A stretch of 36,393 nucleotides of DNA, taken from positions 1,864 to 38,256 of the forward strand of contig JBHLRQ010000022.1 in NCBI GenBank assembly GCA_048882385.1. The letters are read 5' to 3'. A program made the translations under genes and the position numbers. Under the pieces are notes generated by a model. It was not told where the DNA came from and did not search any database. It was given only the letters and a program-made list of their open reading frames with translations. Of the stretch, positions 8,682-18,620 are shown piece by piece (within the stretch, counting starts at the first letter, position 1; each line of letters opens with the position of its first letter). The DNA comes from Candidatus Thorarchaeota archaeon (GTDB lineage: Archaea > Asgardarchaeota > Thorarchaeia > Thorarchaeales > Thorarchaeaceae).

Positions 8682-9980
8682 ATGATAATTCCAGGAACGA
8701 CTATCTCCTTAACACTGCTTCCAGCTTTCGTAGAAGTACGAGACAAAGGTGTTGTGAAAAAGAAAATCCCACTCAAAGAAAGATCTTTTGATGATGTTGC
8801 TTTAGAGCTCCAAAAATACCTACGTTATCTGGGAAAGCGTCTTGCTCCAGGAGTTCTTGAAGACGTATTAGATAAGATTGGATTGCCAAAAGCCCGACGT
8901 GTCCTTAAAGAGGAAGTGATTGCACCACCTGAACCTACACCAGAACCTGAACCGGATATTGTTACTCCAGAACCAGAACTTGTCAAGGTCGAAGCTGAAC
9001 CTAAGAAGAAAAGAAAAGGGTTGATAAAGAAGGAAGAAGAGCCGGCCGCAACTTTTGTGGAAGGACCAGGCGTAAGTGCTGATGAGAAAGGTTCAATCAG
9101 CGTTGAAGACTTTGATGATATTGCTGATGCGTTGCAAGTCGTAGAATCCTTGAGTGACTCATTCTTGACAGGGGAACCTCAGGAGAAACCAGTAACTGTG
9201 AAACCCAGACCTAAAATCAGCATTCATGTAAATGGTCAGGAAGAAATAGTAGCATCTCACAGGTCATATGCGCGAATTGCTGAAGCTGAAAGAATCGAGG
9301 AACCGGCTGAAGATGAGGAAGTAGAAGAGCCTGTTGAAGAATTTATTGAACTCGTAGCTGAAACTGTTGAGGAAGAAATAGAACCAACGCCACAAGTCAC
9401 ACCAACTCATCAGATTAAGCCCATTGTCGAATGTAAAGGACTCCTTCTTGGTGAAGATGGAGTAGGAAAGGAAACCCTGAAAGCTAAAGCAGAGATTGTT
9501 CCGATTTCCATTGGTGATGGAGAAGTGTCACCATATATTTTTGGGAAAGTCTTTGAGGGGGACAATCATCGAATCGATCTAAGAGTGTGGTCGTTCGACC
9601 TTGCAGTGAAGGCAAAGGTTCAACGAAAGCAATTCTACGAAGATTCTCAAATCATTATTATTATGTATGCAGCTTCAGATAGATGGAGTTTCGAGAGTAT
9701 CGATTTCTGGCTACGAGAGGCAACATTGTCATCTGAAGAAATGCCACCCCTAGTAATTGTAGCAAACAAGATTGATCTCAGAACTGATTCCTCAGAAGAT
9801 ACTGGTGATCAGCCAGTATCATATGACGAGGGATTCCAGCTTGCTGAGGAACTGGCGAAACGTTTCGGTTCTGATGAAAAGCTGCATCCTGTTGCGTTCA
9901 TCGAAACTTCCTGTGTATCAGGAGAAGGTATCGAAGATGTGTTTGAAACAGCAGTCCAACTCTTTGAAAACACTCTGTGA
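8682..9980 (+). CDS. Protein with N-terminal domain, acidic/Pro-rich linker and C-terminal Ras/Rab-like GTPase domain (degenerate)
   Basis: GEDGVGKE, DLRVW, FY..SQIIIIMY, SFESIDFWL, VIVANKIDL, FIETSC..GEGIEDVFE; GGTGGAG SD upstream. Confidence 0.88.
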   Translation: MIIPGTTISLTLLPAFVEVRDKGVVKKKIPLKERSFDDVALELQKYLRYLGKRLAPGVLEDVLDKIGLPKARRVLKEEVIAPPEPTPEPEPDIVTPEPELVKVEAEPKKKRKGLIKKEEEPAATFVEGPGVSADEKGSISVEDFDDIADALQVVESLSDSFLTGEPQEKPVTVKPRPKISIHVNGQEEIVASHRSYARIAEAERIEEPAEDEEVEEPVEEFIELVAETVEEEIEPTPQVTPTHQIKPIVECKGLLLGEDGVGKETLKAKAEIVPISIGDGEVSPYIFGKVFEGDNHRIDLRVWSFDLAVKAKVQRKQFYEDSQIIIIMYAASDRWSFESIDFWLREATLSSEEMPPLVIVANKIDLRTDSSEDTGDQPVSYDEGFQLAEELAKRFGSDEKLHPVAFIETSCVSGEGIEDVFETAVQLFENTL

Positions 9981-10103
9981 ACCTTAATCTTTTTGAGCTC
10001 AAATACAAAGGGTTCATCCAGGATCTTCTCAGAGAATTAAAATAGTCGTCGGACATTCGATGAGAAGACTGAATATAATTGCCAACGAGATTGAAGAAAG
10101 TAA

Positions 10104-10421
10104 GTGGTGTTTACATCGATAGAGTATTGCGAAAGCTGTGGAAAGGAAGTAGATCCGATTCAACCGGCGAAGAATCTAGAGGATAACTTTGCAAATGATA
10201 CACGGAAGAACATGAGTATATGTACTGATTGTTTCAAAAAGAGATTCAAAATATCATCAAAGAAGAGAAGTGGGTATGGGGGAACAATCTACGAACTTGA
10301 GGAGAGATCGCCTCCTCGTTTTGGATTAGGAAGCCAATCTTTTAGCTGTCTCAAATGTAACTGGGTTGCTTGGAATGATGTTGGTCTTGAAGCCCACATG
10401 CGAAAAAGACATGCTAAGTAA
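10104..10421 (+). CDS. Small zinc-finger protein (CxxC...CxxC plus C-terminal C2H2)
   Basis: CESC...CTDC, and FSCLKC-x12-HMRKRH. Confidence 0.83.
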   Translation: MVFTSIEYCESCGKEVDPIQPAKNLEDNFANDTRKNMSICTDCFKKRFKISSKKRSGYGGTIYELEERSPPRFGLGSQSFSCLKCNWVAWNDVGLEAHMRKRHAK

Positions 10422-10422
10422 G

Positions 10423-11049
10423 TCACTTGTTCACAGCAAACTGGTTTCGCTCTTTTATTATTTCATGACCAGTGATTCTCAGACCATCAACATTTCGTGC
10501 AGCACTTTCTAGCATGCCCATTCTGTAGGTTGCAGTGCGAGGGCCAATAGCATGCAACCAATCAAGACTGGCCATATCAAGCCGATCATGCACAGAGAAG
10601 AACAGTTTGAGATCCGCCCCAATAGCTCTCGATCTCTCAAACATTGCTGCAGTGAGACCTAGACTAGGGGCAGCAAATCCCATCAATACCCAAATGAAGA
10701 TCAGTGGATCGTTCCCGAAATATTCAAAGAAAAACAGGAACCCTGTAAAGATTGGCCAAACCAAAGATAGAATCACAAGCACTAATGAGAGATGCTGTGT
10801 GATATCGTCACTACCAAGCCCCGCTATTCCAATCACATCCTGATCTGGAGGATAGAGATAGACTAGAACACCGCCGGATGTAATGCCAACGACCACAGCA
10901 GAGAATAGTATAAGGAGCATGAATGAGAAAGCTGATTGATCCCAAATTGCTGGGAAACTAATCATAGACTGCAGAACTAATGATAGAGTCATGACTAAAG
11001 CACCAACTGCAAATCCTTGCCAGCTGAAGAATTCGTATTTTCGTGCCAT
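10423..11049 (-). CDS. Membrane protein with about 4 TM helices and a C-terminal soluble domain
   Basis: Four hydrophobic stretches; start taken at ATG 11049 (MARKYEFF). Confidence 0.78.
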   Translation of the reverse strand: MARKYEFFSWQGFAVGALVMTLSLVLQSMISFPAIWDQSAFSFMLLILFSAVVVGITSGGVLVYLYPPDQDVIGIAGLGSDDITQHLSLVLVILSLVWPIFTGFLFFFEYFGNDPLIFIWVLMGFAAPSLGLTAAMFERSRAIGADLKLFFSVHDRLDMASLDWLHAIGPRTATYRMGMLESAARNVDGLRITGHEIIKERNQFAVNK

Positions 11050-11214
11050 TATCTCGTCAGACAATATCAAATACTCCTCTATGTATTCTATGAGCAGATA
11101 AGTCACAAGACGACTTAAAGTTTCTCATTACTTACTGCCCTTGACATGTTATTTTGACTAATGACTAGCTGCAACTACGCAAATTTGATACCATCCTTTT
11201 GTTCCACGCTTACT

Positions 11215-11232
11215 AGTACAATTCCTTGTACT
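11215..11232. promoter_or_regulatory. Palindrome AGTACAA-TTCC-TTGTACT upstream of the ABC operon
   Basis: Perfect 7-4-7 inverted repeat just upstream of a TATA-like TTTATTAG; function inferred. Confidence 0.4.
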
Positions 11233-11286
11233 TCGAAGGAGTAATTTATTAGCCCTCGAACACAGAAGCACCATAGCGCAAAGAAA

Positions 11287-12000
11287 GTGGAGTGGGTATC
11301 GCTGAATAGTGACGTAATTGTTGACCTCCAATCAGTATCGCGTGTATATGACATGGGAGAGATTGAAGTACATGCCCTACGGGGTGTTTCTCTTCAAATC
11401 AAGAGAGGCGCTGCGATTGGAATCATGGGACCCTCAGGTTCAGGAAAGACTACTCTATTGAACCTCATTGGAGCCCTCGATAGACCTACGCATGGAACTG
11501 TTGTTCTCGATAATGTTGACATCACACATATGAACGAGGGCGAGTTAACGAAGGTTAGAAGAAACAAAATCAGTTACGTGTTTCAGTTCTTTAACCTACT
11601 TCCTGTTCTTACAGCTTACGAAAATGTCGAGCTTCCCCTTCTGATCGGTGGTGTAGATGAGGATGCACGGAAAGAGCGTGTTGACCATCTACTCTCACTT
11701 GTTGGGTTGACAGAGCGAGCTGACCACCGTCCAGACGAACTCTCGGGTGGCGAACAACAACGCATTGCAATAGCAAGAGCACTTGCTAAACCAGCCCAAT
11801 CAACTAATAGTGTCATCGTTTTAGCTGATGAACCGACTGGAGACTTGGACTACAACACAGGACAAGAGATCTTGGAAATATTGGTTTCCTTGACAAAGGG
11901 AGAAGGGGGAACTCTAATCACAGTGACACATGATCCAGAAGTCGGAGAGAAGATGGATCGTGTATACAAGATGCGTGATGGTCAAATCGAGAATCCATGA
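11287..12000 (+). CDS. ABC transporter ATP-binding protein, LolD/MacB family
   Basis: GPSGSGKT, YVFQFFNL, LSGGEQQR, LADEPTGDLD, VTHD. Confidence 0.95.
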   Translation: MEWVSLNSDVIVDLQSVSRVYDMGEIEVHALRGVSLQIKRGAAIGIMGPSGSGKTTLLNLIGALDRPTHGTVVLDNVDITHMNEGELTKVRRNKISYVFQFFNLLPVLTAYENVELPLLIGGVDEDARKERVDHLLSLVGLTERADHRPDELSGGEQQRIAIARALAKPAQSTNSVIVLADEPTGDLDYNTGQEILEILVSLTKGEGGTLITVTHDPEVGEKMDRVYKMRDGQIENP

Positions 12001-12009
12001 TAGGGGCAA

Positions 12010-14820
12010 GTGTATATGGCAGCAGTCCCAGCAGGTTATGAAGCCTTTCATAGCATGAGAAGAAAAGGAGTCACATTACTTTGTTTCCTATTGGCTTCTT
12101 CTATGGCAATGGGAATAACGGTCTACGTTGACTCTTACTCGGTTCATGAATGGGATAGGAATTTAGACATCGGGCAGGTCGCTATGGTTGCGCATGGAGA
12201 GAATATTCAAAATTATGTCAATGGGATCAGAGCTATTGATGGCGTGACTAAGGCGGCTTCTATTCGAAGAGGTTCAGGGATTATTCAATATTATGTGAAT
12301 GAAACTTGGGGACAGTATCAGAATGATATCTGGGGAGATATTATTTCACCCGACCAAGATTTTCTGGATACATTCCCTGGATATATTACACTTGAAGAAG
12401 GGTCATTTCCAACCGCAAATGGCTCTCAAATCGCAATACTAGATGCTATGGCGAATGACTATGGTTTTGATGTGGGGGATGTGTTAAATTTCACTGCAGA
12501 TTGGAACGATGAATTTGAACTAATAGAGATAATTGGAATTTACAGCCAGGGAGAAGCTCGAGAGTACGATTACTACTATGGATATTACGAAACCATCGCA
12601 ATTGTTGTTCCATCCATAATTACATATGCTGAATATCAGGTCTACATCGATATTGATAGATCAAGACTGACAGCGTTTAATGCAGGTGGCTCACTCGCAT
12701 ATGCACAAGGAATTGATCAAGCAATTCGTGAACTTGACCCATTATATTCACCAGCAAATCCATGGAGAAGTACATTCTCTGTAAGGAATTACGTCACCAG
12801 AGGGATATTCTCATACATGAATTGGGTTTCAATCACGAGAATGACACAGCTCTTTCGGTCGGTAGCAATTATTCTGCTCATCCTTATGGTAACATTCCTA
12901 GCGATACGTCATAATGTGAATGAAAGAAGGTACGAATCAGGTGTCCTTTATTCAAGGGGAGCTTCAATGGGAGATCTTGATAAAATTGTAAATCGAGAAG
13001 TATTGGTCCTCTCGATATTATCATGTGTTCTCGGCATCCTTATCGGTGCAGGAATAAGTAGAATAGCCCTAGGTGCTACAGGCTTCTTTCAATTTGATTT
13101 TGGGTTGATGGTTTCAGAACCTTTCCTTGTAAGTATCGAGTCCTTGATAATGTCAGCTATTGTTGGCATTGCATTACCAATCCTAGCACTGGGAAGCTAT
13201 CGGATTGTGTATTCAACAAAGAAATCAGTTGATGAGGGACAAGGCAGATTGTCCAAAGTTGTTAAAGGTTTGAATTTTGTCAAATGGGATGTTCTCGTTG
13301 TAATTATAGCAGGACTCCTATTGATGGCTCTATTCTCAGGAGGACAAGAAGCCATGAACAATCCATTCATGGGAATGATTCTTCCTGTTGTACCATTACC
13401 GCTTTTCCTTGGAGTTGCAAGCTTGTCAATCAAAGGACTTAGAGCCGGAGCAAGCAGAATCTCACGTTTCATGGTAAGAATTGTTGGTCAGGTTCCTGCA
13501 GCAGTTGGTATTCGTCGAATTGGAAAAAGCGCATCCTCCGGAGGAGCAGCAGCAATGGTACTTGTTCTGGCAATATGTCTCTCTTGGAATAGTGCTATTG
13601 TTGATGCATCACTCCCAATTACAAAAACTTACCAAGCTCAGCTCAGTGTTGGAGCTGATATTACGTTTGGTCTTGATAGCGAAAAAATAGGACTCTGGGA
13701 TAATTTCACACTAAATGTTACATCGCATGAAAGTGTTGTCGGAGCAACATATGTTTCAGAAACAGGATTCTATCTTTCTAGTGGATATGGCGGATACAAC
13801 ACATTTCTTGCTGTGGATGCAAGAGAATATAGTAAGATTGGATACCACTATCTAGGAGAAAGGCTCAATGACTCAGAGATGGCGAGTTTAATGGAATCAT
13901 TGGCATCAGTCCTCGATGGAGCCATCATATCACAGGACATAGCAGATGAGTATGATCTTGAAGTTGGGGATATTATGCGTGCTTCTGATATCGATGAGGA
14001 GGCAGTGATATTCACATTTCGTATTATTGGGATTGTGCAGTCTCTCCCCGAGATGCCAGCAGAGTACTACGGGTGGTACTATGATTATTATTATTATCCT
14101 CCACCAATGAGTCCGTACTATTATGGGTATGGCATAGTGGGACAGGATAGAGTTATGATCAATAGAGATTACTTACAATCTCTAAAAGGTTCCCTAAATC
14201 AAACTAGCAATTACCTCTGTGTAAGCATTACAGAAAATGCCAACGGAACTCGAATTGGTGAAGACCTTCTTCAAGCAGGAGGTTATGAGGTATTAAATGA
14301 AGATGTTTGGGATGCTGTGTCTACCCAGACTGATGAATACTTGGCACAGGCTACATATCATATCGATAGATCAGTAGATACAATGCTGACAGTACTTACT
14401 GTTGGCACTATAATGGGTGCTTTTGCAATCTATGCGGTTGAAGGAGCTAGAGAAAGGAGGAGAGAGATAGCTCTACTCCGTTCAGCTGGAGCAGAAAATA
14501 GTCTAATTGTCAAATCACAGGGTGCGGAGATGTTAGTCATCATGTTGTTCAGTTTTGTTGTCTTGCTGGGATATTCCCCATTATTCTTGACAACAGCCAT
14601 CAGCTCAGCAGGCAGTTCTCTGTCATCATACTATGAATTGTACCCGATTGCTGTTTTTCCAGTTATTCCATGGATGACGATTATAACAGTGCTTGCCTTT
14701 TTCTTCGTATCAGTATTGATCTTCATAGGTTTTGTTGCCATCTATGGGTCCAGAATCAATCTGGCGCAAACATTGAATGCTACTTGGGCTGAAGCCTCAC
14801 CATATGGAGATGAACTCTAG
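12010..14820 (+). CDS. Large FtsX/MacB-like ABC permease, type A
   Basis: Duplicated TM-extracellular domain-3TM architecture; ERRYESGVLYSRGAS and ERRREIALLRSAGA motifs; GADI. Confidence 0.92.
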   Translation: MYMAAVPAGYEAFHSMRRKGVTLLCFLLASSMAMGITVYVDSYSVHEWDRNLDIGQVAMVAHGENIQNYVNGIRAIDGVTKAASIRRGSGIIQYYVNETWGQYQNDIWGDIISPDQDFLDTFPGYITLEEGSFPTANGSQIAILDAMANDYGFDVGDVLNFTADWNDEFELIEIIGIYSQGEAREYDYYYGYYETIAIVVPSIITYAEYQVYIDIDRSRLTAFNAGGSLAYAQGIDQAIRELDPLYSPANPWRSTFSVRNYVTRGIFSYMNWVSITRMTQLFRSVAIILLILMVTFLAIRHNVNERRYESGVLYSRGASMGDLDKIVNREVLVLSILSCVLGILIGAGISRIALGATGFFQFDFGLMVSEPFLVSIESLIMSAIVGIALPILALGSYRIVYSTKKSVDEGQGRLSKVVKGLNFVKWDVLVVIIAGLLLMALFSGGQEAMNNPFMGMILPVVPLPLFLGVASLSIKGLRAGASRISRFMVRIVGQVPAAVGIRRIGKSASSGGAAAMVLVLAICLSWNSAIVDASLPITKTYQAQLSVGADITFGLDSEKIGLWDNFTLNVTSHESVVGATYVSETGFYLSSGYGGYNTFLAVDAREYSKIGYHYLGERLNDSEMASLMESLASVLDGAIISQDIADEYDLEVGDIMRASDIDEEAVIFTFRIIGIVQSLPEMPAEYYGWYYDYYYYPPPMSPYYYGYGIVGQDRVMINRDYLQSLKGSLNQTSNYLCVSITENANGTRIGEDLLQAGGYEVLNEDVWDAVSTQTDEYLAQATYHIDRSVDTMLTVLTVGTIMGAFAIYAVEGARERRREIALLRSAGAENSLIVKSQGAEMLVIMLFSFVVLLGYSPLFLTTAISSAGSSLSSYYELYPIAVFPVIPWMTIITVLAFFFVSVLIFIGFVAIYGSRINLAQTLNATWAEASPYGDEL

Positions 14821-17658
14821 ATGTTTCTCTTCTCGCGCTTATCTGCCCGAACTCCAGAGGTTCTAGCAACATTACTCATATTTTCATTGTCAAGTGGAGT
14901 TCTCGGCGGAATTCTATTCTATATGGATTCAACAGCGCCTACCGTTCTTGGGGACATGACATCGCAAGTTCCTGTTGATATGGAGATTTCATTCAATTAC
15001 CCGTTCTACTACCAAAATACAACCACAGCTGATGATATCAGAACCATCGTCGAAGAACAAGAGATTGTACAATCGACAGAAATCGTTTCACAAGCACAGT
15101 TCTGGGATTACTGGGAAGCAGACTACCAATACAGTAGGAAAGCGTTTCTCGGAGTGGATAGTTCTGTCTTTGAAACTTTTCCAAAGGCAATAGAACTTGA
15201 TACGGGTTCATTGTCATACGATGACCAATCTTGTGTTGTTGAAAAATCAAGATTCGTTCGAGATGGTCTTCAGATTGGCGGCAACTATAGTCTTTCATTC
15301 TATATACGTGATGAGAATTGGACCGATGTACTTGTCGAGCAAACATTCGTTATCGTCGGAACATTTACGTCGAATATCTTCATGCATTCTCCAATTTGGG
15401 GTCAACCTGAAGTTACTTACTTACAGATGATCACAACTCCAGACGCATTAGAATCAGTTTTTGGGATAATGCCTCCGGATGAATGGGAAGGCTACACAAA
15501 AAGGATTTGGGTAGGATTCGATAAGCAAACCATTCTTGAAACCGACTCTCAAGCGATGCTCGAATCATTGGATTCTGTGAAAAAGCAAATCGAACAAGCA
15601 ACTCTGCCATATGCGATGATAGGCTACGATGGATTCGGACTTATCAATGCAGTCTATGAGTTTGCTGTATGGTCCACCAACGTAAGAGCGATTGCATTAG
15701 CATTTTCGTTACCTTCAGTATTCATGGGCTTGATGCTAATACAATACAATACAAAATTGGTTTCTGATGAACAAAGGCGAGATGTTGGAACTCTTAAAAC
15801 CCGTGGATCCTCAGGAATACAAGCTTTCAGTTGGGTTTTGAGTAGTGCTGTTGCTACAGGTGCTGTAGGAAGTCTGGGCGCAGTTGTGGTAGGTGCCGGA
15901 TCAGCATTGCTTTCTGGATCCGTTCGTGAATTATTTGTATTCAATTTGGAACAATTGGAAGGTTTCGCTCTACTCCTTCATCCAATAGCAGTATTGTTTG
16001 TCTTTCTATTCTCATTTGTGGCAGGAATTCTAATAGCTCTACCAGGAGCCATCAAAGCACTAATCATGACTCCGACTGAAGCCCATGGGATTCTAGAAGG
16101 AGAGATAATTACTGACTCTGAGAAAATGGGAAATCCATCCATTGACCTTCTAGCAGTTGGTGTATCGGGTTGGCTATTGATGCCCATGTTGGCATTCTTT
16201 GCTTTATTTGGTGTAGGAGCATTTGGAGTGGTAATCATCCCATTATTTGCGGTATTCCTATTTGCTTTTACACGTGGACTTTCAAGACCTACAGCTTTGA
16301 TTAAATCGAAACTACTATCCCTAGTACGAAGACCGTCATTAGTTGTTGGTTCCCGATTAATGTCCCGCACTGTTCTGATGTTCAAGAAATCACAAGCTAT
16401 GGGGACGATGTTCATCGCAATGGTGTTCTGTGCAGGTCTATTTGCTTCAATATCAGCTACAACTGGAGACACGCACATGAAACATCTATTTCAGTTTCAG
16501 ACCGGAGCAGATATTGCAGTAGATGTAGATGTATCACTCGAGAATGTAACAATTGATCTTGTGGATAATATAACAGCAGTTGATGGAGTGATGCAAGTAA
16601 GTCCAATGTTACAGACAACAGGATACATACAATATTGGAACTCCTATTACATTGGCATGGGAGAGAATGTTAACAGGAGCATAACAGTTTTTGGAGTAGA
16701 ATCTGAAACTTGGGCTTCAACCGCATTCTTCCTTGACTACTTCACAATGCTAGATTCACCTAGTAACTCAATTGCGAAATTAGCAGATTATTCCGACGAC
16801 AGCGCAAATATCATGTCAACGTTTAAGCCAATTTCAAACTACGTGTTAGATCAGATAACGCAAATACCTAGACCAGTCTATTCCAATGTTCTTGATCTTC
16901 AGATCTTTAGTGCTGATTGGTATAATCAAACGGAATGTTATATCATCGATCTCATGGTCAACACACAAGAATCGTCAATGACTAGTGCCCAGACATATTT
17001 ACCTGGTGAGCCAGACGCCACTGACTTCATAGTCATGGACCTGACATTGCTCCATTCGTGGATTAATTCGACAAAGGTGACAAAGTTCTATGTAGATTTG
17101 GAACCAGGTGCAAACTACACTCAAGCAATGATTGACATATACAATGTTGCACCGGATAGTTTCACTGATGTGGAAGCAGCAAATGAGTTCATTGACGAAG
17201 TGTTGGAATCGAGAGCGACACAATCGATCTACGGTGCATATACACTCAATGTGATTTTCTCCTTAATCTATTTGACCATTGGAATGATAATTGTGACTAT
17301 GGTCAGAGTTAGAGGGCTTCGAAGGCAGTTCTCTGTACTCAGAGCCTTAGGAACTGAAGCAAATTCAATAATCTTCGCAACACTTGCGGATACATCAATT
17401 GGATTGGTACTGGCTGCTTTAATTGGTGGGAGTATTGGAGTAGGTCTTGCATTCCTGCTTCAAAATGTACCATTACTTTACATGGGAATAACAACTTCGC
17501 AACTATGGGCAAGACTACCGGTCGCATTAATATTACCATGGACGCTAATATTGATAGTAATTGGAACAGCTGTGATAGTGTCCCTTATAGCGACCTATTT
17601 CGTTCTTTTGAGAACACTGAAACTCAATATTGCAGAGGAGATACAATACACGGAGTGA
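14821..17658 (+). CDS. Large FtsX/MacB-like ABC permease, type B
   Basis: EQRRDVGTLKTRGSS, RRQFSVLRALGT, TGADIAV. Confidence 0.92.
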   Translation: MFLFSRLSARTPEVLATLLIFSLSSGVLGGILFYMDSTAPTVLGDMTSQVPVDMEISFNYPFYYQNTTTADDIRTIVEEQEIVQSTEIVSQAQFWDYWEADYQYSRKAFLGVDSSVFETFPKAIELDTGSLSYDDQSCVVEKSRFVRDGLQIGGNYSLSFYIRDENWTDVLVEQTFVIVGTFTSNIFMHSPIWGQPEVTYLQMITTPDALESVFGIMPPDEWEGYTKRIWVGFDKQTILETDSQAMLESLDSVKKQIEQATLPYAMIGYDGFGLINAVYEFAVWSTNVRAIALAFSLPSVFMGLMLIQYNTKLVSDEQRRDVGTLKTRGSSGIQAFSWVLSSAVATGAVGSLGAVVVGAGSALLSGSVRELFVFNLEQLEGFALLLHPIAVLFVFLFSFVAGILIALPGAIKALIMTPTEAHGILEGEIITDSEKMGNPSIDLLAVGVSGWLLMPMLAFFALFGVGAFGVVIIPLFAVFLFAFTRGLSRPTALIKSKLLSLVRRPSLVVGSRLMSRTVLMFKKSQAMGTMFIAMVFCAGLFASISATTGDTHMKHLFQFQTGADIAVDVDVSLENVTIDLVDNITAVDGVMQVSPMLQTTGYIQYWNSYYIGMGENVNRSITVFGVESETWASTAFFLDYFTMLDSPSNSIAKLADYSDDSANIMSTFKPISNYVLDQITQIPRPVYSNVLDLQIFSADWYNQTECYIIDLMVNTQESSMTSAQTYLPGEPDATDFIVMDLTLLHSWINSTKVTKFYVDLEPGANYTQAMIDIYNVAPDSFTDVEAANEFIDEVLESRATQSIYGAYTLNVIFSLIYLTIGMIIVTMVRVRGLRRQFSVLRALGTEANSIIFATLADTSIGLVLAALIGGSIGVGLAFLLQNVPLLYMGITTSQLWARLPVALILPWTLILIVIGTAVIVSLIATYFVLLRTLKLNIAEEIQYTE

Positions 17659-18554
17659 CAACTATGACAGAGAATTTAGACGATATTGCTGAACAATACA
17701 AAATTGTGGTCCGAGACCTGATGAAGGTCTACAAACGCGGACAGAAAGAAGTCATTGCCTTGAGGGGTGTTGATTTCGAAGTTCGCCATGGTGAGTTTCT
17801 ATCCATCATTGGTCCGAGCGGAAGTGGCAAGTCAACACTCTTGAAGATGTTAGGAGCCTTGGATACACCAACCGCTGGAGCTGTGTTATATGATGGTCAT
17901 AGTGTCACGATGCTCGACGATAGAAGGGCCATGCTTTATAGAAGACAGAAGGTTGGATTCATCTGGCAGGTAGGCAACCTCGTACCTGGGCTCTCAGCGC
18001 TCAAGAATGTCACTCTTCCAATGAAGCTTGCTGGAGCTCCTACAAAGGTAGCCGAGAAGAGAGCACTAATGCTTTTGGACGCGATGGGACTCAGTCCCAG
18101 GATTGAACATAAACCAAATCAGATGTCTGGTGGAGAAAACCAACGAACTGCAATCTGCGTAGCATTGGCTAACAAACCCGAACTCGTTCTTGGTGATGAA
18201 ATCACTGGAGAGTTGGATAGTGAAACGACCGAGATGGTGATGCAATCATTGAAGATGACCAATGAAGAGTTTGGAACAACAGTAATCAATGTGACACATA
18301 ATCCATCTGTAACAAAGTATGCAGATCGTGTGTTAAGAATCAGGGATGGGCTCATTGAGGGACAGAAACATACGCTCTATGGCGATATTACTGAAGTGGA
18401 TGCCAAGGGGCGATTGGTGATTCCAGAAACTGTTAGACGCCTTGCTGGAATTAAAAAGCGAGTCGTCCTAAAGGCTACGTCTGAGGGTCTTTTGATTAGT
18501 CCACTTAGTACAGATGAAGAGAACAACAATTACAACAATGAAGCAATTCAGTAG
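17655..18554 (+). CDS. ABC ATP-binding protein (LolD/MacB family) with C-terminal AbrB/MraZ-like domain
   Basis: GPSGSGKS, GFIWQ, MSGGENQR, GDEITGELD, VTHN; tail TEVDAKGRLVIPETVRRLAGI; GTG 17655 overlaps the upstream TGA (alternative ATG 17664). Confidence 0.93.
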   Translation: MTTMTENLDDIAEQYKIVVRDLMKVYKRGQKEVIALRGVDFEVRHGEFLSIIGPSGSGKSTLLKMLGALDTPTAGAVLYDGHSVTMLDDRRAMLYRRQKVGFIWQVGNLVPGLSALKNVTLPMKLAGAPTKVAEKRALMLLDAMGLSPRIEHKPNQMSGGENQRTAICVALANKPELVLGDEITGELDSETTEMVMQSLKMTNEEFGTTVINVTHNPSVTKYADRVLRIRDGLIEGQKHTLYGDITEVDAKGRLVIPETVRRLAGIKKRVVLKATSEGLLISPLSTDEENNNYNNEAIQ

Positions 18555-18620
18555 AGCATCAAGAATTAATTGGAGAATCTCTATATTGAGGAAGAAAAGG
18601 CAACAATAGGTGATAGAACG

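Noticed and set aside
17505-17654. Long N-terminal extension of ATPase2
   Set aside because: Overlaps permease B by 150 nt with non-protein-like sequence; the GTGA overlap at 17655 gives a better start
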